IMG/VR virus record: IMGVR_UViG_3300034117_001294
Location: 62,001-126,000 of that record
Reading direction: 5' to 3' (one strand)
DNA: 64,000 bases
Each line of letters begins with the position of its first letter. The first letter of the stretch is position 1. The notes under the pieces were generated by a model. It was given only the letters and a program-made list of their open reading frames with translations, did not search any database and was not told where the DNA came from. The position numbers were made by a program, and so were the translations under genes. Below are positions 27,812-35,148 of the stretch, piece by piece.

Positions 27812-27850
27812 CCTAATAAGTTTTTGCCACATTGTGGCACCAATAAATAC

Positions 27851-27942
27851 GGAAAGTAATGCAGGGGAGTTGGTTCCCCGACCAGCCTTGAAAACTGGGT
27901 TCTCAGAAATGGGATGGGGTTCGACTCCTCTGCTTTCCACCA
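27851..27942 (+). tRNA. tRNA-Ser(TGA), 8/4-type fold with long D stem
   Basis: GGAAAGTA/TGCTTTCC, CTTGAAA loop, 4-bp T stem. Confidence 0.7.
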
Positions 27943-27947
27943 ATAAT

Positions 27948-28460
27948 ATGAACGAAGATTATTTTATCCCTGTTAACACTGACATTAATTTTTTACCTAA
28001 AGTAAAAGAATTTATTCCGAATGCAATTTGGAAATGGGTTCCGTCTATGTTTATTGCTACAAATTTATCTAGTACGCACATCGGTGATGATCAATTACTG
28101 AGTAAAATTCATAAGGAATTTTTAGGAGAGTTAAATCTTTATAAAATTCCATGTAAATCTGTCTATGGATGGCACCAGGATAAAAATTCAATAGGGTGTT
28201 CATTAAATATGGCATTAGATCGATATCATTGTCATACATTGTTTTCAGTTGGGAATCACGGAACTCCTTTCTTACAAAAAGTAATTGAACTTGAGTACGA
28301 TCCTAATACATGGTATGCATTTAATTCAAAACAGGTGCATACTGTAATAAATCTAGACGAAAAAGATAGATATCTACTTTCATATGTACTACCGGGAATT
28401 TTTTCCTACACAGATCTAAAATCTTGGTTAGTACAGCATACATATACTTCTCTGATGTAA
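27948..28460 (+). CDS. 2OG-Fe(II)/cupin-like oxygenase
   Basis: WHQD...SLN...VHTVIN...RYLLS; start moved to ATG 27948 after the tRNA. Confidence 0.65.
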   Translation: MNEDYFIPVNTDINFLPKVKEFIPNAIWKWVPSMFIATNLSSTHIGDDQLLSKIHKEFLGELNLYKIPCKSVYGWHQDKNSIGCSLNMALDRYHCHTLFSVGNHGTPFLQKVIELEYDPNTWYAFNSKQVHTVINLDEKDRYLLSYVLPGIFSYTDLKSWLVQHTYTSLM

Positions 28461-28519
28461 TGGCAGCATAGCGGTCTCCAAAACCGTTCGTTGGGGTTCG
28501 AGTCCCTAGGGGAGTGCCA
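28446..28519 (+). tRNA. tRNA-Trp(CCA)
   Basis: CTCCAAA loop, GCCA. Confidence 0.88.
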
Positions 28520-28524
28520 GTTTA

Positions 28525-28639
28525 AGGATACATACAGCAATGTCTAACGACACGTTGGTTCGATTCCAACATTATCCGCTTTGGATGATTCGCTCAATGG
28601 TAGAGCAATGGGCTTCATGCCCATCGAAACTGTATCCTG
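28525..28639 (+). ncRNA. CAGCAA-clamp RNA 3 containing a circularly permuted tRNA (TCA anticodon)
   Basis: order T arm, closed acceptor, D arm, anticodon arm inside AGGATACA/TGTATCCT. Confidence 0.75.
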
Positions 28640-28648
28640 TTTTATTAT

Positions 28649-28726
28649 GTAGGGGTTCCAGAGAGGCTTAATGGCACTGATTGCAAACCAGTTGATTCGT
28701 GGGTTCAAATCCCACTCCCTACTCCA
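28649..28726 (+). tRNA. tRNA-Cys(GCA)
   Basis: TTGCAAA loop, U73 CCA. Confidence 0.88.
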
Positions 28727-28731
28727 TTTAT

Positions 28732-28805
28732 GCGTGGTTAGTTTAATGGTAGAACCAGACGTTGCCAACGTTTAAGCAGGAGTTCGATTCTCCTACCCCG
28801 CACCA
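28732..28805 (+). tRNA. tRNA-Gly(GCC)
   Basis: TTGCCAA loop, CCA. Confidence 0.88.
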
Positions 28806-28825
28806 AGTTAGTTGTAAATATTGTT

Positions 28826-29395
28826 ATGTATTTTGTTAAATTAAAAGAACAATTTTTTCTAACACTAGATGCAAATATTGCAAAAGAAGAATTTGCAAAT
28901 TTTGGATCTGTAATCGGCAATGAATTTAAAGGTATACAATATAATAGAATACCGCAGTATTGTACTGATACTATGTTAGAAGTCGTTCCGGAAAATTATA
29001 GAAAACATTTTACATCGGGCATTATGAAAATTAATGTACCGTATGCAAGACCACACACTGATAGCGGAGTAACCGCAGTATTAAATTTTTATGTACAGAC
29101 TGCTGATGCTGTGACAGTATTTTATAATCAGCTTACTGAAGATTCGGTTTTAACAAAGATAAAAAATCAAACTAACGGAAGTGTCTTTAAATTAAAAGAT
29201 CTAGTTCCTGCTGCAAATTTTAAAGCATTGCCGGGAGACGTTTGGTTACTGGATGTAACGAAGCCGCATTCTGTTATTGCTGCATCCGCAGTTGATAGAG
29301 TAGCATTCTGTTTACACACTAACAGTTTATCTTTCGAAGAAGTCAAAAAAATATTTGAATGCCCGGGTGGTGGAATGGTAGACACACTTTACTGA
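28826..29395 (+). CDS. 2OG-Fe(II)/cupin-like oxygenase
   Basis: PHTD...LNFY...PHSV...R; 3' end runs into a tRNA. Confidence 0.65.
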   Translation: MYFVKLKEQFFLTLDANIAKEEFANFGSVIGNEFKGIQYNRIPQYCTDTMLEVVPENYRKHFTSGIMKINVPYARPHTDSGVTAVLNFYVQTADAVTVFYNQLTEDSVLTKIKNQTNGSVFKLKDLVPAANFKALPGDVWLLDVTKPHSVIAASAVDRVAFCLHTNSLSFEEVKKIFECPGGGMVDTLY

Positions 29396-29446
29396 GGTAA
29401 GGAAAAACACTAGGATGTGAGAGTTCGAATCTCTCCTCGGGAACCA
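29361..29446 (+). tRNA. tRNA-Leu(GAG), degenerate anticodon arm
   Basis: Leu-type D arm, CTGAGG loop, T arm, CCA. Confidence 0.6.
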
Positions 29447-29451
29447 TGTAT

Positions 29452-29528
29452 GCCTTCGTACGCTAATTGGGAGTGCGGCTTGCCTTAGAAGCAGGTGGTT
29501 GGGGGTTCGAATCCGCCCGAAGGTACCA
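29452..29528 (+). tRNA. tRNA with TAG (Leu) anticodon, short variable loop
   Basis: CTTAGAA loop, CCA. Confidence 0.75.
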
Positions 29529-29666
29529 TTTTTGTTATCCCGTTTGATCCCAAAGTGTTCGCATAATGGGTAGGGTATCGAGCAGTGCGGCGATATAGTT
29601 GCCATTGCGTCGTGAGGTTGTGGAACAATAAACTGATAAAATCCACAATATAACAAATCTGTTTAT

Positions 29667-29743
29667 GCCCCGTTACGCTAATTGGTAGTGCGGATTCTCT
29701 CAAAAGGAGTTGGCTGTCTGTTCGAATCAGACACGGGGTACCA
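29667..29743 (+). tRNA. tRNA with CAA (Leu) anticodon, short variable loop
   Basis: CTCAAAA loop, CCA; D arm near-identical to the tRNA at 29452. Confidence 0.75.
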
Positions 29744-29748
29744 ATTAC

Positions 29749-29823
29749 AGTTCCTTATTTCAGAGGTAGAATATCACATTGACATTGTGAAGGTCACTGG
29801 TTCGATCCCAGTAGGAACTACCA
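29749..29823 (+). tRNA. tRNA-Val(GAC)
   Basis: TTGACAT loop, CCA. Confidence 0.88.
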
Positions 29824-29824
29824 A

Positions 29825-30400
29825 TTATATAATTAAAGGTTTGAAAAGCTCAACTATTTCTTCCCAAGTAGAAAATTTTGCAGTTGCCCGAATGCTTAGA
29901 CACCAGCGAATATTTGCAATGTCCCGATTAGCAACATTATGAGGTATATTAGTTCTAACTAAACAAGGCCCTTCAATTCTAGCAGATTCAATGCAGACAA
30001 CATCGGCTCGATCAAAATGAATATATGGTGTGCCGCCGCTTGACATTTTAATATTATTTTGTTTACCGGGCAACGGGGAATACCAAAACATTTCTGAATT
30101 AGCAGACCCCCATACTATATTGATACCCCATACACAATGAGTAACTCCGTTAATAGTATCAATATGAATGTCTAGATTGCTGTTAGCATTACCTCTAAAA
30201 AAAATACATTCTGAAAGAATATCTATTCCGAAATTTTTAAAAAATTCAATAGACTCATCTGTAAGAAATTCTTTATGGTCAACTAACTTCATAGCCCAAT
30301 TGTGCTCTGATTTAGAATAAACCAAATCAATATAATGTTGCATGTCTATATTATCTTTTAATATTTTGACAGGAATATTTAATTTGTAATGGTTTTGCAT
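29825..30400 (-). CDS. 2OG-Fe(II)/cupin-like oxygenase
   Basis: IHID...GIN...WY...PHNVAN...RWCLS. Confidence 0.65.
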   Translation of the reverse strand: MQNHYKLNIPVKILKDNIDMQHYIDLVYSKSEHNWAMKLVDHKEFLTDESIEFFKNFGIDILSECIFFRGNANSNLDIHIDTINGVTHCVWGINIVWGSANSEMFWYSPLPGKQNNIKMSSGGTPYIHFDRADVVCIESARIEGPCLVRTNIPHNVANRDIANIRWCLSIRATAKFSTWEEIVELFKPLII

Positions 30401-30412
30401 TACGTATTTATT

Positions 30413-30487
30413 GCCCTAGTAGCTCAGTGGTAGAGCACCGTCTTGATAAGGCGGGTGTCCGTGGATCGTTCCCACGCTAGGGTACCA
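30413..30487 (+). tRNA. tRNA-Ile(GAT), unusual T loop
   Basis: TTGATAA loop; T loop ATCGTTC. Confidence 0.8.
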
Positions 30488-30506
30488 AAAAAAAAATAAA
30501 AAAGAC

Positions 30507-30575
30507 TTGACAGAGTCTTAAATAGACTGTATAATAAACACATACGCTAGCAACTGTTAGCACTGTTCTTTAAAA
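30507..30575 (+). promoter_or_regulatory. sigma70 promoter followed by boxB-like hairpin and boxA
   Basis: TTGACA-17-TATAAT; GCTAGC-AACT-GTTAGC; TGTTCTTTAAAA at 30564. Confidence 0.75.
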
Positions 30576-30591
30576 AGTTAAGTTGGTATTT

Positions 30592-30675
30592 GCCCCGGTG
30601 GTGTAATGGTAGCCACGCTGGTCTTAGAAGCCAGTGGAGAAATCCGTGTCGGTTCGAGTCCGACCTGGGGCACCA
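30592..30675 (+). tRNA. tRNA-Leu(TAG)
   Basis: CTTAGAA loop, long variable arm. Confidence 0.92.
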
Positions 30676-30790
30676 TATACAAACATACTATAGGTTGGGT
30701 TAGATTCGCGGTCTAACTATTTGGGTCTGTAGTGTAGCCCTCCAAAACTACACGCGACTAAGATACATAGTGTGTTTCTATATGGTGAAT

Positions 30791-30874
30791 GCGAGAGTGG
30801 AGAAATGGTATACTCAGGAGACTTAAAATCTCCCGTCGAAAGGCATGCGGGTTCGAGTCCCGCCTCTCGTACCA
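30791..30874 (+). tRNA. tRNA-Leu(TAA)
   Basis: CTTAAAA loop, long variable arm. Confidence 0.92.
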
Positions 30875-30883
30875 AACAATTAC

Positions 30884-30958
30884 CTGGCGTTCGTTCAATG
30901 GATAGGACAGCATTCTTCTAAAGTGCGAATAGAGGTTCGATTCCTCTACGCCGGACCA
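30884..30958 (+). tRNA. tRNA-Arg(TCT)
   Basis: CTTCTAA loop, CCA. Confidence 0.9.
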
Positions 30959-30979
30959 AGTTTTTTATTAAGGATCAAA

Positions 30980-31213
30980 ATGAGAGCAAGAACATCTGCA
31001 ACTTTTAAGTTGAGTAAGCGAACAAAAACAATGTTAGCATTGATGAAGTTTAAAAATAATCAAGACCGTCATGGTTTTAAAAATGCAATGATTGATGCAC
31101 AAGTGGCAGCAAGCATTGTTCCAAAATCAGAAAAGCGTGATCGTAACGCACCTCGCCCACAAGGCACTAGTTACGTGACCAATGACACTGGTACTGCAAG
31201 TACTAGCGTTTGA
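30980..31213 (+). CDS. hypothetical basic protein
   Basis: AAGGA SD; start at ATG 30980. Confidence 0.6.
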   Translation: MRARTSATFKLSKRTKTMLALMKFKNNQDRHGFKNAMIDAQVAASIVPKSEKRDRNAPRPQGTSYVTNDTGTASTSV

Positions 31214-31224
31214 GTAAAAAATAT

Positions 31225-31300
31225 TCCGCAGTAGCTCAGTCGGTAGAGTAGAAGACTGTTAATCTTTTGGTCCGTGGTTCGAGCCCACGCTGTGGAGCCA
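31225..31300 (+). tRNA. tRNA-Asn(GTT)
   Basis: CTGTTAA loop, GCCA. Confidence 0.92.
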
Positions 31301-31308
31301 AGTTAAAT

Positions 31309-31398
31309 GGTGCGGTCCTATAATGGTATTAGAGCGGATTGCTAATCCGTCGATCGGTGAAAGCCGGTTTCTGAGTTCGAGTCTCAGTCGCACCGCCA
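31309..31398 (+). tRNA. tRNA-Ser(GCT)
   Basis: TTGCTAA loop, long variable arm, GCCA. Confidence 0.9.
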
Positions 31399-31405
31399 AG
31401 TTTTT

Positions 31406-31469
31406 TAGGATCAGTTCAGCAAACATAATAAAAATTTCATTTATACTGAAACATAAAAAGTTGATCCTG
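31406..31469 (+). ncRNA. CAGCAA-clamp RNA 4 (TAT anticodon stem-loop)
   Basis: TAGGATCA-GTTCAGCAA...TGATCCTG; TTTCA-TTTATAC-TGAAA. Confidence 0.72.
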
Positions 31470-31478
31470 TTATTTTAT

Positions 31479-31570
31479 GCCCCTGTAGTTTAATGGTAGA
31501 ACAGCGGATTTATATCCCGTATGCAACAGATAATTGGTTAGTGTGGGTTCGACTCCCGCCGGGGGTACCA
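31479..31570 (+). tRNA. tRNA-Ile(TAT) with long variable region
   Basis: TTTATAT loop, CCA. Confidence 0.75.
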
Positions 31571-31728
31571 AGTTTTGAGATAGACGATGAGATGAGTCCC
31601 TTGTATTCTAGTGCCCTATTCTTGAGCATGACACACCAGTAGAATTGTACAAGGTCTGCATAAACTCTCTCATTCGAGACAACCCAGCGAGTCCTTAAGA
31701 AAGATAGTTGGTCTCTCAAAAACCTATT

Positions 31729-31789
31729 TAGGTTAATTACAGCAATAAAAAATGGCTGTCTGCTAGGACTTTAAACTAGTATTAACCTG
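31729..31789 (+). ncRNA. CAGCAA-clamp RNA 5
   Basis: TAGGTTAA-TTACAGCAA...TTAACCTG. Confidence 0.7.
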
Positions 31790-32081
31790 TTGAAAACCCG
31801 GTTTACTGTTTTACGTTATTAAAACAGCGTCCCTGAAACGATAGAACAGGGGGTACACTAGGACCTGACCTTACAGTCTTCTGTTCGGAGATACTGAAAA
31901 CTGCCTAGGGGCGGGAACAAAACCCGTCCAGATGGAAAAATTAGTGGACAGAGTAACCGCTCAGTTTGGGGCTCATGTGGTGTGAGTGGCTAGACACTTT
32001 ATTGAAATGCATTAGGTATCGTATCAAGTAGTGTAACTACTTTGCCAGCGGTGTTAGTGTGTTTCAATAAATAGATTTAAT

Positions 32082-32155
32082 GCGGGGTTAGTTTAGTGGT
32101 AAAACGAGATCCTTCCAAGTTCAAGTCGCGAGTTCGATTCTCGCACCCCGCTCCA
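32082..32155 (+). tRNA. tRNA-Gly(TCC)
   Basis: CTTCCAA loop, U73 CCA. Confidence 0.9.
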
Positions 32156-32163
32156 AGTTTTTT

Positions 32164-32239
32164 GCGTCCTTAACTCAGTTGGTAGAGTTCTGCCTTTACA
32201 CGGCAGCTGTCGGCGGTTCGAGCCCGTCAGGACGTACCA
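32164..32239 (+). tRNA. tRNA-Val(TAC)
   Basis: TTTACAC loop, CCA. Confidence 0.92.
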
Positions 32240-32246
32240 AGATAAT

Positions 32247-32323
32247 CGGTGTGTAGCTCAGCTTGGTAGAGCTCTGCGTTTGGGACGCAGTGGTCGCATG
32301 TTCGAATCGTGTCACACCGACCA
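32247..32323 (+). tRNA. tRNA-Pro(TGG)
   Basis: TTTGGGA loop, CCA. Confidence 0.92.
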
Positions 32324-32488
32324 ATAAACTCTCCCTTACATACGGAGTACAATGAGATAAGTAGTATGTAAACGAATTTAGACCGGACCTGTATCCATAC
32401 TCCGGTTCCGCTGAAGCGAAAACAGGATGGGCTGCTCTCACGGGGTTTGATGGTTTCCCGACACAACAATAATCATCAACAAGAATTA

Positions 32489-32562
32489 CGCGGGTAGGGT
32501 GGTCACCACACCGGTCTCATAAGCCAGGTGCATCGGAGGTTCGAATCCTTCACCCGCATCCA
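32489..32562 (+). tRNA. initiator-like tRNA-Met(CAT) with reduced D arm
   Basis: C1:A72 mismatch, CTCATAA loop, CCA. Confidence 0.7.
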
Positions 32563-32567
32563 TATTT

Positions 32568-32642
32568 GGGCTGATAGTGATAATGGGAGCACAGTGGCTT
32601 TGCAAGCCTCGGGTGGGAGTTCGATCCTCCCTCGGTCCACCA
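32568..32642 (+). tRNA. tRNA-Ala(TGC)
   Basis: G3:U70, TTTGCAA loop. Confidence 0.88.
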
Positions 32643-32657
32643 ACAAAGGAATGTTAT

Positions 32658-32795
32658 ATGAGTACAAAAGATACACTTGATAAAGCATATGGCAATATTC
32701 CCAAAGAGCCGGTATCATTTATACAATTTGATTTACCGACATTTAGAGGAATTAAGTATTACTGGCTGCGGCTAGTAAGACTTTTTACTCGTTAA
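32658..32795 (+). CDS. hypothetical 45-aa protein
   Basis: AAGGA SD, ATG 32658. Confidence 0.5.
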   Translation: MSTKDTLDKAYGNIPKEPVSFIQFDLPTFRGIKYYWLRLVRLFTR

Positions 32796-32806
32796 GTTTT
32801 GACCTT

Positions 32807-32924
32807 TAGGTTCTTTTCAGCAATTAAAAATAATCTTTCTGTAAAAAAGAGGGGCTGGGTTCGAATCCCGGGCGTGAGTTGGTCTTCACGTTGGTGTAGT
32901 GGTAGCACGTAAAAAGAGAACCTG
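32807..32924 (+). ncRNA. CAGCAA-clamp RNA 6 containing a circularly permuted tRNA (GTA anticodon)
   Basis: order anticodon arm, T arm, closed acceptor, D arm inside AGGTTCT/AGAACCT. Confidence 0.75.
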
Positions 32925-32955
32925 TTTAACTTTAACTTTAACTTCAAGGAAACAC

Positions 32956-33183
32956 ATGGCACGTTTAACGTCACAAGCAGCGGTAGAGATGGTAGGTAAT
33001 CGTTTTGATCTAGTATTGATTGCATCAATTCGTGCTAGAGAATTAAAGCGTGGGCATATGCCTATGGTTACCTGTAATAACGGATTCAACGTCACTGCAC
33101 TTCGAGAAATTGAAGCAGGTAAAGTGGGACGTGATTATTTGGAAAAGCTTCGCAAGCCTCCTAAAAAGAGTGAACACTATTAA
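32956..33183 (+). CDS. rpoZ: RNA polymerase omega subunit
   Basis: MARLT...VGNRFDLVLIAS.RAREL...ALREIEAG; SD before ATG 32956. Confidence 0.85.
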   Translation: MARLTSQAAVEMVGNRFDLVLIASIRARELKRGHMPMVTCNNGFNVTALREIEAGKVGRDYLEKLRKPPKKSEHY

Positions 33184-33188
33184 AGATC

Positions 33189-33647
33189 ATGCAGCCAATC
33201 TATCTTAATAAAGAAGTCGATAAGACCGGCGTTGAGCTAGAAATTTTACACGTTGAACAAATAGCCAATAGTCCAGTCTATACATTTTTTATCAGACACA
33301 TGGCCGAATTGATAGATTCCGGGTTCGCAATGGCACGAACTAGTTGGAATGACAATGATTGTGGAGCCATTTATGCAGAAGAGAATGGTGTTATAGTAGG
33401 GGCCATAATCTACAGTAGAGCATACCTACACAAAAATTGCCTGTGGATCGAACTTAGTGCAGTACGTAGTGATTGCCGGAAACGCGGCATTTATTCAGTG
33501 TTACATAATTATTTTGAAATGCTTGCAAAAAAAATGAACTGCGATTCTATTTCTAGTAAAGTACATAAAAACAATGTAATTCGATTATCTTCAGCAGAAA
33601 AAGTTGGCATGAATATTGCTTTCTACCAAATGGTTAAAATGATCTAA
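33189..33647 (+). CDS. GNAT acetyltransferase
   Basis: V..D.RKRGI motif A; KVH..N. Confidence 0.7.
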   Translation: MQPIYLNKEVDKTGVELEILHVEQIANSPVYTFFIRHMAELIDSGFAMARTSWNDNDCGAIYAEENGVIVGAIIYSRAYLHKNCLWIELSAVRSDCRKRGIYSVLHNYFEMLAKKMNCDSISSKVHKNNVIRLSSAEKVGMNIAFYQMVKMI

Positions 33648-33688
33648 TAAATATTAAACAATATGCGTGAATACTTGCATTAATTAAT

Positions 33689-34438
33689 ATGAAAATAGAT
33701 CAATACTTAAAACCAAAAAATATACCGGGATGGCTAGAGAAAGTATTAGCTTCTCAGCAACGAACAGAGTATAATAAAATACCAACTTATCCAGAAGTTG
33801 AAACTATCAGAGAGTTTTACACTGCACACACATGCAATACTTTTGTTGATCTAGGATGTTGGCTAGGAGTTTTATCAGCACAGGTTAAAAAAGCAGTAAA
33901 TCCGAACAAGCACATACTGATCGATGCTGTGCCTACATACCTGTATCTTGCAAAAAGTCTATTGACAACAGAACAATTAGATGCTAATATAGATATAGTC
34001 GAAATGTCAATTATCGATCGTGAAGAATTTCCAAGTCATTTAACAGTAAATCTTGATGATACATTAAACACTTCTTCAATTAGAACAACCACCAAAGCTG
34101 ATATAACAGTTAACATTCCAATTGCAAATCCAAAAACATGCAATGATGCCGCAGTTGAGATTTTTAATCTTGCACCGAATAGTACATATTTAAAAATGGA
34201 TTTAGATGGAGTTGATTACTCATTTTTAAAATCTTTAATAAATCTCTCTATACTGCCCAGCGTTATTCATTTTGAAGCATGGCTAATGACTCCTTCAGAA
34301 TTTAAAGAATGTATTAGTATTTTGGCTCAGTTTGAATCGCTCGGTTACAAAGTTCCTAATCCTCTCGAACTTCTTGGTGCAGATATTAGGGTAATCGTTA
34401 TTTCAAGACAACAATTTAAAAACATCAAAGTAAGGTAA
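33689..34438 (+). CDS. FkbM-like methyltransferase
   Basis: FVDLGCWLG, LKMDLDG.D, IHFE. Confidence 0.6.
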   Translation: MKIDQYLKPKNIPGWLEKVLASQQRTEYNKIPTYPEVETIREFYTAHTCNTFVDLGCWLGVLSAQVKKAVNPNKHILIDAVPTYLYLAKSLLTTEQLDANIDIVEMSIIDREEFPSHLTVNLDDTLNTSSIRTTTKADITVNIPIANPKTCNDAAVEIFNLAPNSTYLKMDLDGVDYSFLKSLINLSILPSVIHFEAWLMTPSEFKECISILAQFESLGYKVPNPLELLGADIRVIVISRQQFKNIKVR

Positions 34439-34440
34439 AA

Positions 34441-34905
34441 ATGGCAAAATGTTATCAATTGGTCGGAGTGCCTGCCTCGGGCAAGAGCACTTGGATTAAA
34501 GAACAAGATTGGGCTTCTGACTGCGTAGTAGTGAGTACTGACGATTTTGTTGAAGCCTATGCTGTAGAACAAGGCAAGACCTACTCGGAAGTATTTGTAG
34601 AGTACATGCCGACGGCTGTAAATCTAATGGCTGACAAAGTTGTACAAGCACGTGAAGCTGGCAAGGACATTATATGGGATCAAACCAGTACTACTCTAGT
34701 AAGCCGTATTCGTAAGTTTAATATGTTGCCTGACTACGAGCATATTGCTGTGGTGTTTAAGACACCGGAACATAAAGAACTGTTTAGACGGTTATGGAGT
34801 CGCCCAGGCAAAGACATTCCAGAGCATGTTATCGCCAGCATGATTGCCAGTTGGGAAGAGCCTACTGTAGAGGAAGGCTTTAAGGAAGTTTGGTTCGCCC
34901 AATAA
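34441..34905 (+). CDS. P-loop kinase (AAA_33, polynucleotide-kinase-like)
   Basis: GVPASGKSTW, STDD, WDQT, EPT.EEGF. Confidence 0.8.
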   Translation: MAKCYQLVGVPASGKSTWIKEQDWASDCVVVSTDDFVEAYAVEQGKTYSEVFVEYMPTAVNLMADKVVQAREAGKDIIWDQTSTTLVSRIRKFNMLPDYEHIAVVFKTPEHKELFRRLWSRPGKDIPEHVIASMIASWEEPTVEEGFKEVWFAQ

Positions 34906-34910
34906 TTACT

Positions 34911-34946
34911 GCCCTGCTTGACAGGGCTTTCTTTTGACTGTATAAT
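34911..34946 (+). promoter_or_regulatory. terminator hairpin overlapping a sigma70 promoter
   Basis: GCCCTG-CTTGA-CAGGGC-TTTCTTTT; TTGACA 34918, TATAAT 34941. Confidence 0.7.
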
Positions 34947-34974
34947 ATGTACTTACTACACTTAAGGAAACATC

Positions 34975-35148
34975 ATGGCAGGCAAAGCAAAATCAATCTA
35001 TCTCACAATATTGCCTAAGGGCAAGCATATGAGCGTATTCAAGAAGGTGTTCTTTGAAGCTAAATCCTACAATGAATATGTTAAGACTGAAGAATTTAAG
35101 GCTGCATGGCCTGCTGAACTATATGATATTATAAAAGAGACGTATTGA
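34975..35148 (+). CDS. hypothetical 57-aa protein
   Basis: AAGGA SD; coupled to the next gene. Confidence 0.6.
   Translation: MAGKAKSIYLTILPKGKHMSVFKKVFFEAKSYNEYVKTEEFKAAWPAELYDIIKETY

Noticed and set aside
32400-32430. Hammerhead ribozyme (CTGA...GAAA)
   Set aside because: CTGAAGCGAAA lacks the CUGANGA core and stem II; kept only as an unassigned structured RNA
25996-33095. Many 60-110 aa ORFs in the ORF track across the tRNA array (for example 25996, 28544, 29327, 29485, 29682, 31510, 32196, 32227, 32503)
   Set aside because: They are translations of tRNA genes or their antisense strands, with no SD and no protein motifs
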